Of a stretch of 64,000 bases of DNA, positions 10,001 to 19,547 are shown in pieces (within the stretch, counting starts at the first letter, position 1; each line of letters starts with the position of its first letter). The DNA is from Selaginella moellendorffii (lineage: Eukaryota > Plantae > Lycopodiophyta). The notes under the pieces were generated by a model that worked only from the letters and a program-made list of their open reading frames with translations, was not told the DNA's origin and did not search any database. Where the stretch lies: contig NW_003314339.1 of assembly GCF_000143415.4 (NCBI RefSeq), forward strand, positions 675,751 to 739,750, written 5' to 3'. Position numbers and translations under genes: made by a program.

Positions 10001-13000
10001 AAAGCTATCCTCCTGATCTGGAGGAGAATGACCGAAGGAAAGGTGTGAAGCCAAAGGCAAGTAGTATTGGGATGGAACTGAACCATAGAAATCGAAGGGC
10101 ATAACCAAGGTTGGTTATGCCAGCTGGGAGTGGAGAATCAAGTGGGGGCTCAAGGGTGTTGCCGCTAGCAATCGTGATGCCATGGAGAGTCTAAGTTATG
10201 GAATTGTCCATGTTAGACTATGTGGCATTTGGAAGGCTTGCAAAAGGGAGGCCTTAGCAAGGTGAGGGACAGAGTTCCTTCAAGGTTCCCAAAGACGATT
10301 CTAGGTAGCTTAGTACCTAGAAAGGCCAAGTGTAAATGGTTCATGGAACGCGCGAAATCAGAGTGGCGCAGCAGAAGCGTGGTCTTGAAGCTTGCCATGA
10401 GGCAAGGCTATCAAGGTTAGGGAAGTAGTTCCCGAGTGTTCAAAGAGAGGGCTTTGAACGAAAGTCGATGGTCAAGGACTTTCACGCTTATGTAGGAACC
10501 ATGTTACAGTGGTCCGAGAACTTGCCAAGCGAGATTGGCACGTCAGGGGAACAAATACCCTAGTTGAAGGTGATAACTTCAAAAAGGGTGGGCCATGGGG
10601 CCGAGCATGGAGGAGTCCATGCATGATCATAGACATGTCAAGTGAGAGGACTTGGCAATGTGGAGGAACTAGGTTCCTAAACTGTGATCTGTAGCGCGCT
10701 TTAAAAATAAGTTGGTGCACCGGCGTGGGGAGTCACGCCAGGCATCTTGTGTGATGCCGTCCGTAGATGCATATACGGAGGTTGGGTTCGAGTCCCGACC
10801 CTCTAGTGCTTGGGTTCGAGTCCCAAATCACTAGGGCGTGGTGATGGTTTGGAATATGAGGACACTCATATTTCGGTGGTCATGGACTCTCAGTGGGGAG
10901 ACTGGTTTGGGCACACCGCCAAGCGAGGGATGCCTCGGAGTCGTGATGCACGGTTAGATTGCTTAGTGTGAAAGCTCGGCATATCTAACTTGAACGCTTT
11001 GGTGCAAGTGGCACCAAGGACGTGGTGAGTGAGATGGGGACACCTAATCTCAGTTGCTATGGACCCTTGGCCGGAAGGGCTGGCTTGGGCGCACCGCCAA
11101 GTGTGGGGGATGCCCCCAGGGTCGTAGTTAACAAGTTAAAGGTCTGGAAGACCTAGTACCTATTGGCAAACCTGTTAAGGTGCCGAGGTGAGATCACTAG
11201 GTGATCTTGTGGCTAAATAAGGACAAGGTCCTTGTTTGGGTTAAGGAATAAGGTTTCTAGTTCAAAGTGTTGATTTGAACTATTGAGGATGGTGTGGCTT
11301 GGTCGTGATGACCAAGTGGGAAGAGCACCTAAGGGAAATAAACTATGTCCGTGCGATGGCATAGTGAGTCCGAGGAAAGTAGTCTCTATAAAAGACCCAT
11401 GGGAGGGTCACGAAGTTGGGCCGTGGATAGAGCCCATAGCAGAAGATGCTAAAGAGACGTACTAGGGGTGAACATCCTCTGGACTTGGCAAAGAAGAGTC
11501 TTTGCTATGGAACCGAAACAATACCTCAAGGAGGGAGGTAGAGATTTGGTGTTGCTTGGTGCAACAATCAACGGATAGGAGCAAAAGATGAGTGGCCAAG
11601 ATAGGGCCGTGGAATCCCTTGGAAGGAATCCAAGTGACAAAGTTAGGCGAGGAACACTAATGTGTTGGACGCTAACAAGTTGCGGGAAAGGAAGTGTGTT
11701 TCCAAGGAGGGATTCCGAAATGCTCCGATTTGGCGAAAGTGGAAGCTCCAAGGGAGGGAGCGGTAAGGTAGCCAAATGATAGGGCCATGAATAGCCCTAG
11801 CACAAAGTATGATAACTGGAACTTTGGCACGAAATAGAAGAGAGGATGATGGTGCCCTCGAGTAGAGAACTTCCTAGGATGGGAAGTGGAGTTGCATAAA
11901 AGGTGCAAGGCAAGGTGTTGGAGACACCTAGGGAATTGACTTCCAAAAGTCAAAAGGGTAAAAGTTTCAAGGTGCAAAACGTTCAATAGATGGAAATTGA
12001 GACTACTCTAGAAGGAGTAGTGGGATTGACTTAGAGAAGGGTCTCTAAGAGGTTTAGCAGGAACTAAACCAATAAAAAGAGAGAACCACTACATGTGGTC
12101 CAATCAGTCTCTAAGTTGGAGAGACTACCCTCCTTAGAGGATGGGCAAGGCATGGTGAGCCTTTGGTGTCAAACCATTGAAGAATATGCAAAAGGCATGG
12201 TGAGCCTTCAATGTCAAACCCTTGACAAGTATTGGCTAGGTGCCAAGGATGGAAATGGTAACACGTGCGGGTGTTACTTTATAAAATGGTTTACCGTTCG
12301 ATGAGGACATCGAACTTCGTCTATGGGTGGTGGAGTTGTGAGACACAAAATCCCTAGGCCCCAAAGTGGAGCCGGAAGGGCGCCACGTGGTAGTGGCCGA
12401 AGCGAGAGCCAAACGAGCGTAACACGTTTGGACCAAAAGCTCCGACTTGAAAAGTCAAGAGCGGGAGTGGAACTCCCAACGAAGTGCTCGAGGAACGAAC
12501 ACGAAGCGAGCAAAAAGCGAGGCTCCAAAAAAGGGACCCAAAAGGACCAAAACATGACACGTGGAAGTGTCCGAGATGGACCCGAGTTGGAGTCTGAAGT
12601 GGAGTCCGAGATGGACCCGAGTTGGAGTCCGAAATGGAGTCCGAGATGGACCCGAGTTGGAGTCCGAAATGGAGTCCGAGATGGACCCGAGATGGAGTCC
12701 GAGATGGAGTCCGAGATGGACCCGAGATGGAGTCCGAGATGGAGTCCGAGATGGAGTCCGAGGTGGACCCGAGATGGACCCGAAATGGAGTCCGAGATGG
12801 AGTCCGAGATGGACCCGAGATGGAGTCCGAGATGGAGTCCGAGATGGACCCGAGATGGAGTCCGAGATGGACCCGAGATGGAGTCCGAGATGGAGTCCGA
12901 GATGGAGTCCGAGATGGAGTCCGAGATGGAGTCCGAAGTCGAGACCGAGACCGAGACCGGGACCGAGACCGAGACCGAGACCGAGATCGGGACCGAGACC

Positions 13001-14130
13001 GAGACCGAGACCGAGGCCGAGGCCGAGACCGAGCCCGAGTCCGAGTCCGAGTCCGAGTCCGAGTCCGAGTCCGAGTCCGAGTCCGAGTCCGAGTCCGAGT
13101 CCGAGTCCGAGTCCGAGTCCGAGTCCGGAGCCTGAGAGGGTGAAAGCCCAAAGCGTTCGTCTCCCAGACCCTGGGGGGTTTGGTGAGCTCCAAAAGTATA
13201 GTAGGGGGAGGACTGCAGTGGAGCCAGTTTGGCCAGGAAAGGCCAGTTTGGCCCAGGAAGGCCGGACCCAGTGCTGGGTGATGAGCTGCCCACTGGGAAG
13301 TCCAAGACTAGAGTGAACACAGACCGACAAGCGGGGTAGCTTGGTGTAGTGTTCAAGAGCCGGCTCTAGTTCCCCCGGGAGATCGACTGGCCGATGCTCC
13401 TAGTCCAAGTGTGGGTGGCACTACCTACTTGGATACCTTGTGTGGCTCAACGGAACCCGCTCTAAGCCCATGGCTAGAGCACCCAAGGGCAGAAGGCGAG
13501 GAGAGTACCCAGGTGGCTCGCATAAGGCCACGGTGTTCCGAAATGTTGTCCCAAAGGCCCAGACTGTGGAAAGGAAGAGGAGCAGTCCTCTGGGGTAGTG
13601 ACCAAGGACACAATCGTGTGGTGAGGAAGTCCCAGAGGACCGTGGGACTTAGTGGTCGGGCCTGTGGGTCTCGATCCAGTGGCAGTGTTGGCAAACACGG
13701 CCAAGGGCAGAAAGGGACTTAGTGGGGACTGACAGAGGGATATTGGGGAAGGCTATTCCCCTTGTCGGTGGGCATCCTAAGGATGCTAAGGAGTGGATCT
13801 GAGATCACCACTCACGGATGGTTTGCCTAGTCTTGGAGAGCCAAGACGGTGATGCAAGTGGTATTGGACTACCAGTGTGGCAAAGGTGATTGGGCATGGC
13901 CTTAGCGTAACAGGCTGCTATGTCGGTGGTACCTTTGAGTGTCGGTCATGGGATCGGACACGTGGAGCACTTGGACCAAGTGCAAATGTTGAGTGGCATG
14001 GATGCCATTCTCGGGGCTAGCAAGTCCCAAGTCCTGGATTGGACTTATGGAGGTTGTGAATAAGACTCCTCCAAGTGGTCAGAGGTGTGGTTAAGTGACT
14101 AAAGTAGAATGGAAAATTTAGTCGCTTACA
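6449..14130 (+). mobile_element. Non-autonomous LTR retrotransposon (LARD-like, family A), full length
   Basis: TG..CA LTRs at 6449-8236 and 12337-14130, near-identical. 5-bp TSD GGCTC; tRNA-iMet-type PBS TGGTATCGGAGC at 8240-8251; PPT at ~12323-12336; 4.1-kb internal region with no long ORF. Confidence 0.95.
6683..7233 (+). repeat. Minisatellite/microsatellite array inside the family-A LTR
   Basis: 11/12-bp units (ATGGAGTCCGAG/ATGGACCCGAG) followed by ACCGAG and TCCGAG hexamer runs. Recurs at ~12563-13127, ~31120-31290, ~37690-38320, ~43349-43712 and ~57905-58057. Confidence 0.95.
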
Positions 14131-14225
14131 GGCTCTTTCTATTTTGCTCGCCGCTACTGTTAGTTTCTTTTCCTCCGCTTAGTGATATGCTTAAACTCAG
14201 TGGGTTGTCTTGCCTAACCTGAGGT
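14131..14225 (-). rRNA. 26S rRNA pseudogene, extreme 5' end
   Basis: Reverse complement ACCTCAGG...CTGAGTTTAAGCATATCACTAAGCGGAGGAAAAGAAACTAAC. Confidence 0.9.
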
Positions 14226-14394
14226 TGTGCACATGAGCGATTCACCACTAGGTGGGGTGTGTACCATTGATACCACACGGACAAGTCAGGGGCCACACCA
14301 TCCACATACAATCAAGCCGATTGGAACACAAGTCTATGGATGGCCACATTTGCCCCACACTCACAGAGTGCGTATGAGGCAGCAAATGGTTGCA

Positions 14395-14546
14395 GACGCT
14401 CAGGCAGGCATGCCCTCAAGATGAACCTCGGGCATAAGTTGCATTCAAAACTTCAATGATTCAAGGAATTCTACAATTCACATCATATAATGCATTTTGC
14501 TGCATTCTTCATTGTTGTGAGAGCCTAGATATCCATTGTTGAGAGC
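14395..14546 (-). rRNA. 5.8S rRNA pseudogene (ITS2 at ~14226-14394)
   Basis: Reverse complement GCTCTCAACAATGGATATCTAGGCTCTCAC...GTGAATTGTAGAAT...GAGGGCATGCCTGCCTGAGCGTC, with many CG>TG/CA changes. Confidence 0.9.
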
Positions 14547-14837
14547 AACATTTTGTTTTTTTGGCCCGACAGGACCACAAGATCAAAAACAACTAGTTGA
14601 TAACAATCACACGGCCTCCATGTGTGCCACATCGCATAGCCAATGGCTGGGAGATGATGGCACAAGTGGAAGGAGGAGGCACACATGCACAAGTTGCAAA
14701 CTCCTTGGTTTGGACTTCCCAGGTGATCTCCCAGCCCAGTACTACTCAAGCCCAAGGTCGCTTACATAAGTGCATGTGGCCAGACCAGGTGTCCTGGCTA
14801 GCCATGCCTCCGGGCATGGCCCCTCAGGGGACAATAT

Positions 14838-15511
14838 TGTAGCGCATGTGATCATGGGATGAGATTTGGATATACTGTCACCGTGGATCTTTGGAACCTT
14901 GGGGGATAAATGGGGATAAAATAGCCACTAAGGGCTCTCTCATCAAGCAATTGCTCTTTTTCCAGTTGGCTTAAGGGGAGAGAGATAAGGTGCGCTACAG
15001 TTGGTATCAGAGCAAATGGCACGGGTTCGATTCCCATTGATTAGTGGCTACTTAAAAGTATAATATACCCTTGAGCAAGGTATATTCCTACCCCTAAATT
15101 TGAAATCGTACGTATTGGGCATCCATGTGTACGTCCTTCCTCTTGTGTGGAGTATCCACGGACGAAAGTATCCACCATGGGACTGCGGTACGGGTGGATG
15201 ACTAGTTGCCTCACATGGAATAGCTAATCTACACAATAGAAGGATTGGTAGATTAAGTGCAGAAATGGAGGTGCTGGTTCCCCTTGGCTCAGTAGGGGTT
15301 GTTAGTCAATAGTCAATGAGGACATTGACATCTCTAAAGGGGGGGTGACTGTAGCGCATGTGATCATGGGATGAGATTTGGATATACTGTCACCGTGGAT
15401 CCTTGGAACCTTGGGGGATAAATGGGGATAAAATAGCCACTAAGGGCTCTCTCATCAAGCAATTGCCCCTTTTCCAGTTGGCTTAAGGGGAGAGAGATAA
15501 GGTGCGCTACA
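14838..15511 (+). mobile_element. TRIM (terminal-repeat retrotransposon in miniature) within ITS1
   Basis: 162-bp LTRs at 14838-14999 and 15350-15511 with TGTAGCGCA..TGCGCTACA termini; PBS TGGTATCAGAGC at 15002-15013; PPT AAAGGGGGGG at ~15336; 350-bp noncoding interior. Confidence 0.93.
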
Positions 15512-15517
15512 GTCAAA

Positions 15518-16664
15518 TGTAGCGCACATGGTTTTGACCCTTTATCCTATGGTGATTTACCGTAGGATAACACCACGAAGCAGAACTTAACCCTCTTTGT
15601 GCCACGTGACAGATGCCACGTGTCACATGCCACGTGTCCATGCCACGTGTCCACAGGAACCTGAGGTTCAGGGCCTTGGGCCACTGAACAGAGGAACGGT
15701 GCCAAACTCCCAAGCATGGAGCCAAGGAGTGACGGAACTGAACCACAGAGCAACTCCCGAGCATAAAGCCCAAGGAGCGAAGGGACAGGGGCCCGGAGCG
15801 ACTTGGAACAGTCCTGGAACAACTAGCATCCCAATGCCAGGACTAGCACGCAAAACGGAGCCAAATGGAGTTTGGCGCTATTTTGGCATACCGGTGGCCT
15901 AACGCGAGGATATGGGTACTCCACCAACTAGCATGGAATGGAACTTGGGCTTAGACCCAAGCCGGACGCAGAACAAGGACAGGCACGCAAGCGGGAGCTA
16001 GACTATGCCTCAGGTTGGTCGGCCATGCCTGACCTACCCACTATCCCTACTATACATTTGGAACCCCCCACAGCCCCCCCCCCCTTGAGGAACACATGCT
16101 TTGGGCTTTCACCCCAAGCCTCCCTTAGTATCAAGAGTTAGTCTTTGGGACAAGCTCAAAACTTACTAAATATGGAATGTCCTTAGATTGCGAATTTGGA
16201 CACGGGACGAACACTATTGTGTTCAGAACGATCTCTACATTCCATAGATATGCCAAATGAGCAAATCTGGACACTTTCCATAAATAGCATTTGGGACCGA
16301 AATGAGACTAACACAAAGGGCATGATAGCGAGGGTGTTTGGCAGACACGGTAAGCTATTATGTGGCGATATTGAGGGACCAATCTCAATACGCGAGGGTT
16401 CTTGTCAAGCCAGTGCAAGACAGAGCAAAAGAGAACTAACAAGCCGGGCCAAGTATGCTCAGCTAAATAGACACTTAGGAATTCCTTCCTTATGCTCATG
16501 CGGCCAAGTACAGATGCAAAGTCCAGTTTACTAACACTTGAACAAGAGGGGCTAATAAAGGGAACCAACAATACCGACCTTCTGCCATCGTGGCAGTAAG
16601 GTAAGAGTGTCCGTAAGGACTAGTCGCCAGGTAACTTTCGATACCCGAAGTCACATTTGCGACA
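15518..16664 (-). mobile_element. Solo LTR, family B
   Basis: TG..CA termini; homologous to 32167-33319, whose adjacent PPT fixes the orientation. TSD AATAT (14833-14837 / 16665-16669) brackets the TRIM and solo LTR together. Confidence 0.88.
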
Positions 16665-16706
16665 AATATAATCTTGGCCAGCAGTTTATAGTTTACAGAT
16701 GTGTGT

Positions 16707-17990
16707 CAATGATCCTTCCACAGGTTCACCTATGGAAACCTTGTTATGACTTCTCCTTCCTCTAAATGATAAGGTTTAATGAACTTACTGTGTCATCAGC
16801 AGCGAACCATCAGCATCGCTGCAATCCGAACACTTCACTGGATCATTCAATCGGTAGGAGCGATGGGCAGTGTGTACAAAGGGCAGGGCCGTAGTCAATG
16901 CGAGCTGATGACTTGCGTTTACTAGGAATTCCTTGTTGAAGATCAATAATTGCAATGATCTATCCCCATCATAATGAAATTTTTAAAAATTACCTCAGCC
17001 TTTTGACACAGACATGCACTCGTTGAGTTCATTAGTGTAGCGCACGTATGGCCCAAAACATTTAAGGGCATTACAAACCTGTTATTGCCTCAAGCTTCCA
17101 TCCGCTGGAAGTGAATAGTCCCTCTAAGAAGTTGGCCTTGGAGGAAACTTCCAAGTAGCTAGCTAGCAGGCTGAGGTCTTGTTCATTAACGGAATTAACC
17201 AGACAAATCACTTCACCAACTAAGAACAGCCATGCACCACCACCCATAGAATCAAGAAAGAGCTCTCAATCTATCAATCCTTACTATGTCTAGACTTGGT
17301 AAGTTTCCCCGATTTGAGTTATATTAAGCTGCAGGCTCCACTCCTGGTGGTGCCCTTCCATCAATTCCTTTAAGTTTCAGCCTTGTGACCATACTCCCCC
17401 TGGAACCCAAAGACTTTGATTTCTCATGAGGTGCTGGCAGTGTCATCCAAATAACATCTGCCAATCCCTAATTGGCATCATTTATGGTTGAGACTAGGAT
17501 AGTATCTGATCATTGTCGAGCCCCCAACTTTCATTCTTGATTAATGAAAACATCCTTGGCAAAGTTTGTCTTCCATAAATCCAAGAATTTCACCTCTAAC
17601 AATGGAGTACGAATGCCCCTAATTGTCCCTATTAACCATTACTCTGATCCTGAAGACCAACACAACAGGACTAGAGTGCTATAGTGTTATTCCATGATAA
17701 TGTATTCAAAGCACAAACCTACTTTGAGCACTCTAATTTTTTCAAAGTAACATTGCCGACTCTACACCCCAACCAATAAAGACCAGAGTAGCATCACCGA
17801 CTCAAAGGACGGGGGGACCAATGCACACCCGCAAGGGCAGACCATTCGCCCCATCCCGAGATCCAACTACAAGCTTTTTAACTGCAACAACTTTGATGTG
17901 ACTTATTAGAGCTAGAATTACTGCAGCTGTTGGCACCAGACTTGCCCTCCAATGGATCCTTGTTAAGAGATTTAGATTGTACTCATTTCA
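16707..17990 (-). rRNA. 18S rRNA pseudogene (3' ~1.3 kb, 5' truncated)
   Basis: Begins TGATCCTTCCACAGGTTCACCTATGGAAACCTTGTTATGAC (reverse complement of the 18S 3' end) and tracks conserved 18S blocks; pervasive CpG deamination. Confidence 0.95.
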
Positions 17991-18004
17991 AGAGACAAAT
18001 GTAA

Positions 18005-18135
18005 ATGGATATAGCTTTAGTGTAATGGGCTGATAAATTAATAATACCTTTTAGGTGTCTGTCATGGGATTAAACATATAGAGCACTTGGACTGAGTGTA
18101 GAAGCTTAATGGCATAGATGCTATTCATAGGGCTA
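18005..18135 (+). mobile_element. Old degenerate family-A LTR fragment
   Basis: Aligns by eye to the LTR segment GGCATGGCCTTAGCGTAAC...GAGCACTTGGAC...GGGCTA (~7998-8125) with C>T/G>A decay. Confidence 0.6.
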
Positions 18136-18434
18136 CCATATTGAATAGGATGATCAAAGAGATGAAATGGAAGAATTGGATGACCAAATAGTAAGACTTA
18201 CTAGTTAATGTAGAGATGGAGGGATGCATATGGAATTTGCCATTACCATCCCACTAGAAAAACAAAGTTTTGCAGGTGCAAATGCAAATATTTGTGGTTG
18301 TTCCTCCGGACCTAGTCTAGTCATCATCAAAAGACGATTGAAACATTAGTGGGTAGCAGTGGTGCAAGAACCAGCATCCTGAGGAACAACACTGTCACAA
18401 ACATTTACACCCACAGCTGCAAAACTTCATGGTA

Positions 18435-18838
18435 CTCTCTCTAGTACTTGAGCTGCAAGTTATCATTTTTATTATACAAGAAAGGTAATCTCAAATTGAT
18501 GTGTTTATCAAATCAGCTACATACATCTAGAACTAATGAAAATATTTCTTCATATATAATTGATTATATATTCTTCTTGTACTATTTATGTGTTAATTGA
18601 GTTAACTTATAATTTTTCAATATGTGTATATTTTATAATTGTACATCATTAAAAATCTCCTTGTTTTTGTAATAGGTACTCTTTCGTTTATCAAGTTAAA
18701 CTTTATTGAGCTTGTTTTTCACTTATATATATATTTTTTAAAATAGAAAACTTTATTATTATGAAATCCTAAGCTTCCAACTATGGTGAGGTTCCTCCAT
18801 TTTTAATCACCAAGTCGCAGCTCAAGTACTAGAGAGAG
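18435..18838. mobile_element. MITE (Stowaway-like)
   Basis: Inverted repeats CTCTCTCTAGTACTTGAGCTGC / GCAGCTCAAGTACTAGAGAGAG, TA on both sides, very AT-rich noncoding interior. Confidence 0.75.
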
Positions 18839-19547
18839 TACCATGACATAAAGAGATGAACTCCAGAATTTGCATGGCCATGCTCTGCAAGAGTTCTATA
18901 CCGGAGTGTCTGCATTTTAGCCAGCTCTATCAAGTTAAGAACTGCGCTAGTGCATAGGTAATCTGGTCCCAAAGTGGGCACTACAACGTCAGCTATGAAA
19001 AAACATTAGTGTCGCAGCAGCCCCAGCAAATAATTGCAAAACGTTATGGTGAGTTACCTGTTTTTTGTGATGCAAGTCTCTAGCAGAGCTGCAACTGTTT
19101 AAGAACTCTACCAGGAAATCATAGTCGATTACAGTTCCTTCTTTAGCCCATCTAGCAAGTGGCAATGAGCAGCTTCCACCAGCACTTTTCCAGGAAGCTC
19201 CTTCACCATCTGCACAGGCTAATTTATTTCTGTGTGAGAGCGCTTCCCTGTTAATTCTACCAGAGAATACACTAAATTTGATGTGGATTTAATAACCCAA
19301 AATACGTTACTATACACTGCATTACCTTCGAGTGCTATGTATCCTCTACTACAAAATTTGGGCTCCCTAATAGTTACGCTAGCGTGATCTACATAGGTCC
19401 TGGAAGAAAATTTGCGAACGGCTGCCAGGCAGAGTCTAGTTGATGCCAGGATGCCTTCCAGTAGAGATGCATAGTAACAAAATAACAAAAAAAAAACAAA
19501 AAAGAACATAAATACAATGCGTGGATCAATATGTTCAGAGATTCACC

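Noticed and set aside
10780-10830. tRNA gene
   Set aside because: Only T-loop/B-box-like motifs; no cloverleaf could be built.
14838-15511. Cassandra (5S-bearing) TRIM
   Set aside because: No 5S rRNA A/C-box similarity visible in the 162-bp LTRs.
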